Origin: an uncultured Rikenellaceae bacterium
GTDB taxonomy: Bacteria > Bacteroidota > Bacteroidia > Bacteroidales > VadinHA17
DNA length: 50,593 bases
Direction of reading: 5' to 3'
Assembly (NCBI GenBank): GCA_964649335.1
Contig: CAZYPI010000003.1
Span: 1-50,593 of the forward strand
The notes beneath the pieces were generated by a model. It was not told where the DNA came from. It made no database searches and worked only from the letters and a program-made list of their open reading frames with translations. Below are positions 1 to 9,493 of the stretch, in pieces (positions within the stretch are counted from its first letter, which is position 1; the number at the start of each line of letters is the position of its first letter). Both the position numbers and the translations under genes were made by a program.

Positions 1-780
1 CGTTTGCCCGAAAAATTGCAGGATGAAAACAACCGGCCCTGCCGGTATGCCTGGACCTTTAAAATAAAAGGGAAAGCTTTCCCGCTGGTTGCAGCCCCGG
101 CGATCACCACTACCGGAGGAGTTTCCGGAAATGAAATATTGTATCGCGACACGGTTACGGTGTTGATGACCGTAAACAACCCGGCAGTGCGGATTCATTA
201 CACGACAGACGGCAGCCTGCCTCTTCCTTCCTCGCCGGTGTATGAGAAACCCCTTCATCTGAACAGATCGGTGGTCATTAAAGCCAAGGCTTATAAAAAA
301 GGGATAAAAGCAAGTTTTACGTCGGAGGTGACATTGACAAACATCTCCCGTGATAACCTGCCTGCCGCCGCGTTTGCCTATTACGAAGGAAACTGGGATT
401 CCCTGCCTGATTTTTCATCCCTCCGGCCCCTGAAACAGGGTTATGTCAGAAGCATTTCCCTGCAGGCGGTGCATCCCCGGAAAACCGGATATGCCATCGT
501 TTATATGGGCAGGATCCTTATTCCGCAAAAAGGGAAATATACTTTTTTCCTGACTTCGGATGATGGTTCCCGGCTGTTTCTGCGTAACAACCTGGTGATA
601 GACTATGACGGATTACACGGATACGATACCAAAGAAGCAACGGTTGCCCTGAAACAGGGCAGCATCCCCTTCCGGCTGGAGTATTTTCAGAAAACCGGGG
701 GACAGGGGCTGAAACTGTCGGTAAAAAGGGGGGATATGAAAGAGAAGGTGCCGGTTTCGTTATTATTTGGTAAGAACTAA
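1..780 (+). CDS. PA14 domain-containing protein, C-terminal part (5' end lies outside the window). It is preceded by a chitobiase/hexosaminidase-C-like segment.
   Basis: The reading frame is open from the window edge. 'IHYTTDGSLP..SSPVY' looks like a Fn3-like/CHB_HEX_C-type module. 'YYEGNWDSLPDF...GKYTFFLTSDDGSRLFL...YFQKTGGQGLKL' is the PA14 pattern. Confidence 0.7.
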   Translation, partial: RLPEKLQDENNRPCRYAWTFKIKGKAFPLVAAPAITTTGGVSGNEILYRDTVTVLMTVNNPAVRIHYTTDGSLPLPSSPVYEKPLHLNRSVVIKAKAYKKGIKASFTSEVTLTNISRDNLPAAAFAYYEGNWDSLPDFSSLRPLKQGYVRSISLQAVHPRKTGYAIVYMGRILIPQKGKYTFFLTSDDGSRLFLRNNLVIDYDGLHGYDTKEATVALKQGSIPFRLEYFQKTGGQGLKLSVKRGDMKEKVPVSLLFGKN

Positions 781-800
781 GAAACTTAGTATTTTAATTA

Positions 801-851
801 ACCCCCACCTGTCCTCCCCCTCGGCGAGGGGGAGGGATAAAGGGAGGGGGT
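801..851. repeat. GC-rich nested palindromic element, possibly a terminator for the PA14 gene
   Basis: The inner stem is perfect and 10 bp long: CCTCCCCCTC (813-822) pairs with GAGGGGGAGG (826-835) around a 3-nt loop. Flanking arms ACCCCCACCT (801-810) and AGGGAGGGGGT (841-851) pair imperfectly. No T-tract follows. Confidence 0.4.
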
Positions 852-934
852 CATTAATGATATTTGTGGAGAAGATAAATGATTCGTTATAAATAAGATG
901 TAAATAAAATTAACAATTTAAAACAAAATTTATT

Positions 935-2734
935 ATGAAAGAAATAAAAGGAACGAACAGACTTCACGGGGGTATGCCCCGTATCGGCATTCGTCCGGTG
1001 ATTGACGGGCGGCGGAAAGGTGTCCGGGAATCATTGGAAGACCAGACCATGGGTATGGCCGAAAGGGCTGCCCGCCTGTTACAGGAACACTTGCGTCATC
1101 CCAACGGTCTGCCCGTAGAGGTGGTTATTGCCGACACCACCATAGGTGGTGTGGCCGAGGCGGTGCAGTGTGAAGAAAAGTTCAACCGCGAGAATGTGGG
1201 GGTCAGTCTGACCGTGACCCCCTGCTGGTGTTACGGTACGGAGGTCATGGACACCAACCCCTGGCGTCCCAAAGCCATCTGGGGGTTCAACGGTACCGAA
1301 CGGCCGGGAGCCGTTTATCTGGCCGCTGCACAGGCCGGTTACAACCAGAAAGGCCTGCCGGCCTTCAGCATCTACGGTAAAGATGTGCAGGATGCCGGCG
1401 ACACCACAATCCCGGAAGATGTGAAAGAGAAAATATTGCGTTTTGCCAAAGCCGGACTGGCCGTGGCGGAAATGCGTAACAAAGCATACCTCTCCCTGGG
1501 AGGCATGTCCATGGGTATCGTCGGTTCGGTGGTGGACCAGGAATTTCTGCTGGACTATCTCGGCATGCGTACCGAAGTGGTGGATATGGTGGAGTTCGTC
1601 CGTCGCATGGAAGAGGGAATATACGATAAGGAAGAGTTCGAAAAAGCCTTGGCATGGGTGAAAGAGAAATGCCCCGAAGGAGAAGATGTAAATCCTCCGG
1701 AAATGCGTCGCTCGAAAGAACGGAAAGAGCAGGAGTGGGAGATCGTGGTGAAGATGACCCTGATTGCCCGTGACCTGATGACCGGCAATCCACGCCTGGC
1801 AGACATGGGCTTTGAGGAAGAAGCCCTGGGCCACAATGCCATTGCCGCCGGGTTCCAGGGACAGAGACAGTGGACCGACCATTTTCCCAACGGAGATTTT
1901 ATGGAAGCTATTCTAAACTCCTCTTTCGACTGGAACGGCATACGGGAACCTTACATCATGGCTACCGAGAACGACAGTCTGAACGGAATATCCATGCTAT
2001 TCGGCCATCTGCTCACCGACACGGCACAGATATTTTCGGACGTGCGTACTTACTGGAGCCCCGAAGCCGTGAAAAGAGTCTCCGGTAAAGAACTGACCGG
2101 CCGGGCAGCCAACGGGATCATCCATTTGATCAACTCCGGTTCCACCACCCTGGATGCTACCGGCCGGATGAAAGACGCCCGGGGGAACTCCGTGATGAAG
2201 CCTTTCTGGGAGGTGACTGAAGAAGATGTGGAAAACTGCCTGGCCGCCACACAATGGCCGCCGGCATCCTATGAATATTTCCGTGGGGGCGGCTTCTCCT
2301 CACAGTTTCTCACCCAGGGAGAGATGCCGGTGACCATGTCCCGGATCAACATCGTTAAGGGCCTGGGCCCCGTGCTGCAGATAGCCGAAGGTTACACCGT
2401 AAACCTTGATCCGGAGGTGAACCGTTTGCTGGACCGGCGCACCAACCCGACATGGCCCACCACCTGGTTCGCCCCCAAACTTACCGGCAGAGGTCCTTTC
2501 AGGGATGTCTATTCGGTCATGGCCAACTGGGGAGCCAACCACGGAGCCATCAGCTACGGGCATATCGGAGATAAGCTCATTACCCTGGCGGCAATGTTGC
2601 GTATCCCGGTGAATATGCACAATGTGGAAGAAGAAAGGGTGTACCGCCCGGCAGCCTGGTCGATGTTTGGTACAGACGACCCGGAAAGCGCCGATTTCAG
2701 GGCTTGTAAAAATTACGGGCCTTTATACCGTTAA
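935..2734 (+). CDS. fucI: L-fucose isomerase
   Basis: The 599-aa length is typical of FucI. The N-terminus '[20 protein letters not shown]' and overall similarity to enterobacterial FucI (about 591 aa) were recognised by eye. Confidence 0.93.
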   Translation: MKEIKGTNRLHGGMPRIGIRPVIDGRRKGVRESLEDQTMGMAERAARLLQEHLRHPNGLPVEVVIADTTIGGVAEAVQCEEKFNRENVGVSLTVTPCWCYGTEVMDTNPWRPKAIWGFNGTERPGAVYLAAAQAGYNQKGLPAFSIYGKDVQDAGDTTIPEDVKEKILRFAKAGLAVAEMRNKAYLSLGGMSMGIVGSVVDQEFLLDYLGMRTEVVDMVEFVRRMEEGIYDKEEFEKALAWVKEKCPEGEDVNPPEMRRSKERKEQEWEIVVKMTLIARDLMTGNPRLADMGFEEEALGHNAIAAGFQGQRQWTDHFPNGDFMEAILNSSFDWNGIREPYIMATENDSLNGISMLFGHLLTDTAQIFSDVRTYWSPEAVKRVSGKELTGRAANGIIHLINSGSTTLDATGRMKDARGNSVMKPFWEVTEEDVENCLAATQWPPASYEYFRGGGFSSQFLTQGEMPVTMSRINIVKGLGPVLQIAEGYTVNLDPEVNRLLDRRTNPTWPTTWFAPKLTGRGPFRDVYSVMANWGANHGAISYGHIGDKLITLAAMLRIPVNMHNVEEERVYRPAAWSMFGTDDPESADFRACKNYGPLYR

Positions 2735-2752
2735 ACTGGTCTCTTCATGTAC

Positions 2753-2788
2753 AAAAAAAAACACCGGCCACAAACCGGTGTTTTTTTT
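2753..2788. terminator. Bidirectional rho-independent terminator between convergent fucI and fucK
   Basis: An A-run plus CACCGG (to 2767) pairs with CCGGTG plus a T8 run (2775-2788) around the loop CCACAAA. This gives an A-tract on one side and a T-tract on the other. Confidence 0.75.
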
Positions 2789-2803
2789 GTTCGGTTGTAC
2801 AAC

Positions 2804-4288
2804 TTATTTTTTCCGGCTCTCAAAAAAACGAACATATTCGGCAAACAATTTGTCGTAATGTTCCCGTTTTGCAGACGGAAGATAATCTTCCGTATTGTAT
2901 CGTACTGCCTTGCGTGCCTCATCCGGCGAGGAGTACATGCCTGTGCCGTAAAAAGCAAACAGAGCCGACCCCAGGACGGTGGTTTCTTTTTGGTCGACAA
3001 CCCGCACGGGCAGGCCGATGATGTCGGAGCGCAGTTGGTTCCAGAGTTTGTTTTTCGAACCGCCTCCCACGACCAGCAATTGTCTGGCCCTGAAATTACC
3101 CGCCCCCTCGAGGATACCCAGGCTCAGCCGGGTGCGGCAGGCCAGGGCCTCCAGCGCAGCCCGGTACACTTCCTCGCGGCGGCTGTCCATGGTCAGGCCG
3201 GCAATCATACCGGTACCTGCGTCGGCCGAACCCGGATAAAAAGAAGGATCTATACGTACTCCGTTGCTGCCCGGATTCACTTTTTCCGCCTCACGGATCA
3301 TCAGGTCATAGATGTTTTTTTCCCGTGATTCGGCACGGTAAAACATCCTTTTGATCCATTCCAGGGCCCCCGAGCCGATCCATTGTACCCCGATGTCGTA
3401 ATGTCCGGGAACAGGATCCAGCTCAATGGTAACCCCCTGTTTCAGAAATCTGAGGTCGGTATGGGCAGAGCGGCTGCGTACCATCAGAATCTCCCAGGTG
3501 CCGGAACTCAGCACCGGCACTTCCTCCTCGGCCCCCGAGCCGTAGATGGCATATTGTGTGTCATGGCCGGTGGCCACCACCGGGATCCCCTCCGGCAAAC
3601 CCAGCGAGCGGCCTGCCTTCTTACCGGTTTTTCCGACAATGCTCCCGGGTTCACAGAGTTCAGGAAAAACGGTAGGGGAGAAACCAATACTTTCCATTAT
3701 CTTACCGGAAAAGCGGCGTTGTTTCAGATCGGTCAGCATGGAAGTACCGGCCATGGTCATGTCTGTAACCATTTCTCCGGTAAGATAATAGAGGAATATG
3801 GATGATATGAACAGAAAATAATCCATTTGCTCCACCACTTCCGGCCTGTTCTCCTTCAGCCATATCAGCTTGGTAATCGTATTGAAATTATAGGGCTGTA
3901 GTCCGGAAATACGGAATAACTCTTCTGTAGTAATATATTTGTCAATGTTTTCCATGACCGCTGAAGTCCTGGGACACTGCCAGGAAATAACAGGATAGAG
4001 CATCTTTCCGTCAGCGGTGAACGGCGCTCCGTCCACGCCGAAAGTGGTAACCGTTATGGCAACAATCTGCTTCGCATTGATCTTCCCGAGAACCTCGTGG
4101 GTGGTCTTTGAGAATTTTTGCCATATCTCTTCCATGTCCCATATCCTGTATTCCGGATAGTAAGGATCTGGTTGTGTATTGTTCGGGACCGCGGAAACCG
4201 CTACGATATGTCCGGAAGGACTTACAGCTATGGTGCGGATATTTGTGGCGCCGCAATCCAGAACAAGAACAATTTTTTCCATTCTCAT
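2804..4288 (-). CDS. fucK: L-fuculokinase (FGGY carbohydrate kinase)
   Basis: 'VLVLDCGATNIR', 'VTTFGVDGAP', 'LYPVISWQCPRT', 'GHDTQYAIYGSGA..PVLSSGTWEILMVRS' and 'VGGGSKNKLWNQ' closely parallel E. coli FucK. Confidence 0.85.
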   Translation of the reverse strand: MRMEKIVLVLDCGATNIRTIAVSPSGHIVAVSAVPNNTQPDPYYPEYRIWDMEEIWQKFSKTTHEVLGKINAKQIVAITVTTFGVDGAPFTADGKMLYPVISWQCPRTSAVMENIDKYITTEELFRISGLQPYNFNTITKLIWLKENRPEVVEQMDYFLFISSIFLYYLTGEMVTDMTMAGTSMLTDLKQRRFSGKIMESIGFSPTVFPELCEPGSIVGKTGKKAGRSLGLPEGIPVVATGHDTQYAIYGSGAEEEVPVLSSGTWEILMVRSRSAHTDLRFLKQGVTIELDPVPGHYDIGVQWIGSGALEWIKRMFYRAESREKNIYDLMIREAEKVNPGSNGVRIDPSFYPGSADAGTGMIAGLTMDSRREEVYRAALEALACRTRLSLGILEGAGNFRARQLLVVGGGSKNKLWNQLRSDIIGLPVRVVDQKETTVLGSALFAFYGTGMYSSPDEARKAVRYNTEDYLPSAKREHYDKLFAEYVRFFESRKK

Positions 4289-4423
4289 TTTGTTTAAGAT
4301 ATCTGGTGGATAAAAATAGTCATTTTGTCATAATATTTTTAAAAGCGATTTCTTTTCTGAGATATTTTTGAAATAAGTTGTACTTTTATTGAAAATTTTT
4401 CGGAACCGGCGGACAAGAATAAA

Positions 4424-6490
4424 ATGTCAGAAAGTGTATTGAATACCAATGATCTTAAGGTAATGTACCGGGAAAATGTTTTGCGTATTTTGCTGAATAT
4501 TTCCAATGCAACCGTTGCCACCAAAGACCTCCGCGGGCTGATGGAGTTCATTCGTAAGGAATTGGGGAAACTGATGGATGCCACTAACTTTTACATTGCT
4601 TTATATCATCCTGAGGATGATACTTTTACAATGCCTTATTTTAATGACCTGAAGGATCATTTTGAGAAGGTCCCCGCACGGAAAACCCTTTCCAGGTATG
4701 TGGTCATGACCGGGAAGACTTTGCTTATCAGAAAAAATGATTTCGATGAACTGGTGGAAAGGGGAGAGGTCTCGCTGGTCGGCACCGACTCGAAAGTCTG
4801 GATGGGAGCTCCCCTGCGGGTAAACGACCGGATCATCGGCATGATCGGATTGCAAAGTTATACCGACGAAAACACCTACTCGGATGCTGATAAAAATATC
4901 CTGGAGCTGGTAGCCCACCAGATCGGGTTGGCCTTGGACCGCAAACAAAAGGAAGAAGAGCTGAGAATCGAGAAAACTTATTTTGAACAGTTGTTCAGAA
5001 ATGTACCGGAAGCTACGGTTATCCAGGAATATCCCGGCATCATCACGGATGTGAACGTGGCATTCACCAAACTGTTCGGGTTTGAGCCGCAGGAGCTGAT
5101 AGGCCGATCCCTGGATGAGCTGATCGTCCCGGACGAGAGGTTGCCGGAGGCTTACAGCATAACCCGCAGGACCTTTAATGGAGAGGCCGTCGAATTGGAG
5201 ACCGTGCGGAAGAAAAAAAACGGAGAGACCCTCGAGGTGTCACTTTCGGTCACCCCTTTCCGGATCTCTCCCGGTAAAACCATCATGTATGCCATATACA
5301 GGGATATCGGCAGAAAAAAAGAGGTGGAACGCAAACTGGTGACGGCCAAAGAAAAAGCGGAGGAAGCCGACCGGCTGAAGACCGCTTTCCTGACCAATAT
5401 GTCCCATGAGATCAGAACCCCCATGAATGCCATCATGGGATTTGCCCAGTTGCTCTCCTCAGAAAACCTCACGCCGGAAAACAAAAACGAATATGTCAAT
5501 ATTATAAAAAACAGCGGGGATAGCCTGTTGCGCCTGATCGACGACATACTCGACCTGGCCAAACTGGAATCCGGCCAGGTGGTAATACGGGAAGAAATTA
5601 CGGATGTCAACGAGCTGTTGGAGTCCCTCTATCTTACCTTTTCCAAACTCATTACCGAAAAACAAAACCAACAACTGGAGCTGCGTTACAGTAAACATCC
5701 GGAAACACAAGCGGTCATGGTGATGACAGACCCTGTGCGTTTGAGGCAGATCCTGACCAACCTGCTCAGTAACGCTATCAAGTTTACGCATAAGGGCTTT
5801 GTTGAATTCGGATACAATATCTCCCTACCGGAAAATGCCTTGGTTTTTTATGTGAAAGATACCGGCATAGGCATTCCTCCGGATAAGATGGAAGTTATCT
5901 TCAACCGTTTTCAGCAGGTGGACAATTCCAAGACCCGCCTCTATCCGGGCACCGGTCTGGGCCTGGCCATCTCAAAACATCTTACCGAACTGCTCGGAGG
6001 AAGAATATGGGTGGAGTCGGAATTCAACAAAGGCTCCGTATTTTATTTTACCATACCTCACCGGGCCCTGACCGACCGGAAAAATGAAAAAACCAATAGT
6101 CTGTATGATGAAACTTTCAACCTGGAGGGAAAAACCATTCTGATCGCCGAAGATGATGAATACAATTTCTTTTACCTGCGTGAGATCCTTCAGCAGGCCG
6201 GCGTTAATATTTATCATGCCATGAACGGCCGGGAAGTCATTCATTTTGTGAAGGAAAAACAGGGGGAAAATATCGATCTTGTCCTGATGGATATTGAGAT
6301 GCCTGAAGTCAACGGCTATGAAGCCACTGCTTTTATCAAAAAGGAGTTTCCTTCCATTCCCGTCATTGCTCAAACGGCCTATGCCTCGATGGAAGAAAAG
6401 GTCAAATGCCTCCAGGCAGGATGCGATGCTTACCTGGCCAAACCCCTGCAGATCAATGATCTTATTGATGAACTAAAAAAATATATCTAA
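4424..6490 (+). CDS. Hybrid sensor histidine kinase (GAF-PAS-HisKA-HATPase_c-REC) with no transmembrane segment
   Basis: The H-box is 'FLTNMSHEIRTPMNAI'. The ATPase motifs are 'NAIKFT' and 'DTGIGI...GTGLGLAI'. The receiver shows 'ILIAEDDE...DLVLMDIEMPEVNG...AKP'. The N-terminal region is GAF-like and is followed by a PAS-like segment. Confidence 0.9.
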   Translation: MSESVLNTNDLKVMYRENVLRILLNISNATVATKDLRGLMEFIRKELGKLMDATNFYIALYHPEDDTFTMPYFNDLKDHFEKVPARKTLSRYVVMTGKTLLIRKNDFDELVERGEVSLVGTDSKVWMGAPLRVNDRIIGMIGLQSYTDENTYSDADKNILELVAHQIGLALDRKQKEEELRIEKTYFEQLFRNVPEATVIQEYPGIITDVNVAFTKLFGFEPQELIGRSLDELIVPDERLPEAYSITRRTFNGEAVELETVRKKKNGETLEVSLSVTPFRISPGKTIMYAIYRDIGRKKEVERKLVTAKEKAEEADRLKTAFLTNMSHEIRTPMNAIMGFAQLLSSENLTPENKNEYVNIIKNSGDSLLRLIDDILDLAKLESGQVVIREEITDVNELLESLYLTFSKLITEKQNQQLELRYSKHPETQAVMVMTDPVRLRQILTNLLSNAIKFTHKGFVEFGYNISLPENALVFYVKDTGIGIPPDKMEVIFNRFQQVDNSKTRLYPGTGLGLAISKHLTELLGGRIWVESEFNKGSVFYFTIPHRALTDRKNEKTNSLYDETFNLEGKTILIAEDDEYNFFYLREILQQAGVNIYHAMNGREVIHFVKEKQGENIDLVLMDIEMPEVNGYEATAFIKKEFPSIPVIAQTAYASMEEKVKCLQAGCDAYLAKPLQINDLIDELKKYI

Positions 6491-6497
6491 AGGCCTT

Positions 6498-8129
6498 ATG
6501 CTCTTTTTCCGCAATAACAAAAACAAAAATATCCTGAAAAACAAAACAATCTTCCGGTTTGACAAGAATAAACGACACGACAGGAAGGTGAGATCCCTTA
6601 ACCCCCGGGAATATCTCTACCGTACCGCTTTTGAGTTTTCTTTTAACGGTATTGCCGTTATAGACTACGAAGGAAATATCATCGAAAGCAACCCTGCCGG
6701 ACTGGGTATCTTTGGCTATGAAACCACAAAAGAGGATGATCTTCATATCAATATCTTTGACCTGATGACGGAAGAGGATCGCGCCGAAGTGGTCAATCTG
6801 CCGGATTATTATAAGAAATACCCTGTTATCCGGAACCGGGTTTTCGGTATGAAACACAGGGACGGACGTAACCTGAAAATCGAAGTCTCCTCAACCCACG
6901 TTCCCGGTAAGGATGGAAGTGAGGGTTATTTCGTAGCCACGTTCAGGGATATCACAAAGAACCTGGAACAGGAAAGAAAACTAAAGGAAGCATTGAAAAA
7001 AGCGGAAGAATCGGACCGCCTGAAAACGGCTTTTCTGACCAATATGTCACACGAGATCAGAACGCCGATGAATGCCATCGTCGGTTTCTCCGATATGCTG
7101 GCCAATCCGGAACTTTCACAGCAGGAGAAGGATGAATTTATCAAATATATCAACCAGAGCAGTGAGACCCTGCTCCACCTGATCAATGATATCCTGGACC
7201 TCTCAAAGATCGAATCCGGACAGGTCAAGATATATAAGGAACCTTTTTCACTGATGGAGTTTTTCAGGGATTTCCAACCCTATATCAGGGAGCTGCAGGG
7301 CAAGTACGGAAAAGATTATCTGGAAATGAGGTTTGTCACACCTGACGGACCGGATATTATCCTGAACAGTGACAGGATGCGTATCAGACAGATCCTGTCT
7401 AACCTGGCCGGCAATGCCATTAAATTTACGGAAAAAGGATATGTGGAAACCGGGTTCTCGGTGGAAAAGGATTCGGTTCTGTTTTTCGTGCGGGATACAG
7501 GACAGGGAATACCCGAAGAAGAACTGGGGACGATCTTTGAGAGATTCCGGCAACTGGACAATACCCTGACACGCAAATACGGCGGAGCCGGGCTGGGCCT
7601 GGCCATATCCAAAAACCTGGTGGAGCACCTGGGAGGAAAGATAAGCGTTCAATCGGTACTGGGCGAAGGGACTGCCTTCTATTTTACCATCCCGGGGGTG
7701 GAAGGGACTGCCAAAAGAAAACAGGAGAAAAAATTAAAACTGCAAAAAAACGGATATCCCGACTGGCATGGCAAAACCGTCCTGATTGCAGAAGATGAAC
7801 CATCCAATTATGATTTTCTCGAGGCCGTTCTCGGGAAAACAGGTATCCGTATTTTGTACGCAAAAAACGGTGAGGAAGCTGTGAACATTTGCCGGCAACA
7901 GAAACCGGATATTTTACTGCTGGATATTCGCATGCCCGTGGTGGACGGCTTTTCAGCCCTCAAGCAGATCAGAGAGATCATCCCCGGTGTGCCGGCCATC
8001 GTGCAGACGGCTTTTGCCATGGCCGATGAAAGGCAGAAATGTCTGGATGCCGGTTTTGACGTTTACCTGTCCAAACCGATAAAAACTTCCTTGCTGCTGG
8101 AAAAAATGGGTGAATACCTTGACAAATAA
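6498..8129 (+). CDS. Hybrid sensor histidine kinase (PAS-HisKA-HATPase_c-REC), a paralogue of the upstream kinase
   Basis: The H-box 'FLTNMSHEIRTPMNAI' is identical to the neighbouring kinase. Other motifs are 'NAIKFT', 'DTGQGI...GAGLGLAI' and the receiver 'VLIAEDEP...DILLLDIRMPVVDG...SKP'. The gene starts 7 nt after the upstream stop. Confidence 0.9.
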   Translation: MLFFRNNKNKNILKNKTIFRFDKNKRHDRKVRSLNPREYLYRTAFEFSFNGIAVIDYEGNIIESNPAGLGIFGYETTKEDDLHINIFDLMTEEDRAEVVNLPDYYKKYPVIRNRVFGMKHRDGRNLKIEVSSTHVPGKDGSEGYFVATFRDITKNLEQERKLKEALKKAEESDRLKTAFLTNMSHEIRTPMNAIVGFSDMLANPELSQQEKDEFIKYINQSSETLLHLINDILDLSKIESGQVKIYKEPFSLMEFFRDFQPYIRELQGKYGKDYLEMRFVTPDGPDIILNSDRMRIRQILSNLAGNAIKFTEKGYVETGFSVEKDSVLFFVRDTGQGIPEEELGTIFERFRQLDNTLTRKYGGAGLGLAISKNLVEHLGGKISVQSVLGEGTAFYFTIPGVEGTAKRKQEKKLKLQKNGYPDWHGKTVLIAEDEPSNYDFLEAVLGKTGIRILYAKNGEEAVNICRQQKPDILLLDIRMPVVDGFSALKQIREIIPGVPAIVQTAFAMADERQKCLDAGFDVYLSKPIKTSLLLEKMGEYLDK

Positions 8130-8133
8130 AAAA

Positions 8134-8507
8134 GGAGCAGGCCTGTAAGCCGGATTCTGTTTCCCGGAAAGGTCTGCCAGAGATTTTCCCGGGATTCCTG
8201 TCATTTGTCTGGGACATGTGTCACCACATGCCTCTATCGACCTACCCCCCGGCATCGGGCGAGCAACCCTCATGTGCCGGTATACATGGTCTTTCAACCC
8301 GCAAGCCGGACGGCTGTCCGGGTCACCCCGGACACCGGTGGGCTCTTACCCCACCTTTTCACCCTTACCCCGAAAAGCCGGGGCGGTTGTTTTCTGTTCC
8401 GGTACTATGCCCTTACGGACATCTTCCCGTTAGGAAGTGCGGTGCTCTGCGTTGTCCGGACTTTCCTCCGCCCGCACACGGCGGACAGCGACAGGACAGC
8501 CTGCTCC
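8134..8507 (-). ncRNA. rnpB: RNase P RNA, bacterial type A
   Basis: The minus strand reads 5'-GGAGCAGGCUGUCC...GGAGGAAAGUCCGGAC...ACAGAAUCCGGCUUACAGGCCUGCUCC-3'. It contains the universally conserved GGAAAGUCCGG core and the ACAGAAnCCGGCUUA 3' motif. The P1 helix GGAGCAGGC/GCCUGCUCC closes the molecule at about 374 nt. Confidence 0.85.
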
Positions 8508-8563
8508 GCTGTCAATATACAAAAATTATGCCTTATCACACCAAAAATGACCCGGATGAGAAC

Positions 8564-9241
8564 CTAAAGGCTGTTGCGTATTTTACCTACCGTGTACATC
8601 AACTCCTTCACTTTCTCTTCTAACTGATGCCACGCTTTTTTGCCGATGATCTCTTTTGTGAAAAGCCGCGAGCCCATACCCACGGCCACCACACCGGCGG
8701 CAAACCATTGCTGCAGGTTCTCTTCCTCCGGACTGACGCCTCCCGTGGGCATGATGCTGGTCCACGGCATGGGCCCCCTGATATTTTTTACAAAATCAGG
8801 CCCTCCAACCGAAGACCCCGGAAAGATCTTCACGATCTCGGCCCCCAGCTCTTCGGCCCGGGAAATCTCACTCACCGTGCCACATCCCGGGATCCACAGG
8901 ATCTTACGGCGGTTACAGATACGGGCCGTCTCTTCATTCAGAACCGGAGCTACTACAAAATCAGCCCCCAGTTGTATATATAATGCCGCCGTGGCCGGAT
9001 CAGGTACCGACCCGACACCCAATGCCAGGTCTTTCAGTGACCGCTGGCAAAAACGGTTCACCTCCGCAAAAACTTCATGGGCAAAATCCCCCCGGTTGGT
9101 GAATTCAAAAACCCGGATGCCTCCTTCATAACAGGCTTTTACCACCTCTTTTACCACGCCGGGATCCGGGTGATAGAATACAGGAACCACTCCGGTATCC
9201 CGTATTCTGAGTATAACATCAATACGTGCATGTGCTGCCAT
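8564..9241 (-). CDS. eda: Bifunctional 2-dehydro-3-deoxy-phosphogluconate / 4-hydroxy-2-oxoglutarate aldolase
   Basis: The 225-aa length fits. 'GIRVFEFTNR', 'GVGSV', 'GADFVVAP', 'IPGCGTVSEI' and 'IVKIFPG' are the KDPG aldolase TIM-barrel pattern. The gene sits beside kduI/kduD. Confidence 0.85.
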   Translation of the reverse strand: MAAHARIDVILRIRDTGVVPVFYHPDPGVVKEVVKACYEGGIRVFEFTNRGDFAHEVFAEVNRFCQRSLKDLALGVGSVPDPATAALYIQLGADFVVAPVLNEETARICNRRKILWIPGCGTVSEISRAEELGAEIVKIFPGSSVGGPDFVKNIRGPMPWTSIMPTGGVSPEEENLQQWFAAGVVAVGMGSRLFTKEIIGKKAWHQLEEKVKELMYTVGKIRNSL

Positions 9242-9262
9242 GGAAATATGTTTTCAGCGGTT

Positions 9263-9277
9263 AAACAATCGTTTGTT
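9263..9277. promoter_or_regulatory. Candidate LacI-family operator in the eda leader
   Basis: AAACAATCGTTTGTT is an imperfect palindrome centred on CG. It lies 22-36 nt upstream of the eda ATG and shares the core ACAAnCGTTTG with the site at 9497. Confidence 0.35.
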
Positions 9278-9318
9278 CTGTTCTTTTCATTCTGAAACCC
9301 GTTTCTTCTGCCACAAAA

Positions 9319-9326
9319 CAAAAATA
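9319..9326 (-). promoter_or_regulatory. Candidate Bacteroidota -7 box (TATTTTTG) for eda
   Basis: The minus strand matches TAnnTTTG, 78 nt upstream of the eda start codon. Confidence 0.3.
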
Positions 9327-9493
9327 AATATTATCACCGGAATAACAAGACATCCGGATGCAAAATTCCTCATGTCCTGAATATGAATAATGATCCTGCC
9401 CGGATATTTATCTGCCAAAAATTACATACCTGTATTTTTTATAATATTTATCCTAAAAGATAGGCATATACCGGGTTGATAGTCTTAATATCT

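Noticed and set aside
1079-1882. The 267-aa antisense ORF inside fucI, with further nested ones at 1365-1793 and 1555-1941
   Set aside because: This is a shadow ORF opposite a strongly recognisable gene. Its composition is skewed (H/G/F/V-rich) with no motifs, as expected from codon-position GC bias.
935-4288. The fucI/fucK pair as an incomplete or unusual fucose operon
   Set aside because: The aldolase and permease are not in the window, but Bacteroidota commonly scatter fucose genes. The upstream PA14 protein is only partly visible, so absence within 50 kb is not informative.
8205-8623. ORFs of 71-135 aa on the plus strand (and 7953-8297 / 7978-8217 on the minus strand) as small protein genes
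   Set aside because: They overlap the RNase P RNA gene. Their translations are Pro/Arg/Gly/Cys-rich low-complexity sequences typical of reading through a structured GC-rich RNA gene.
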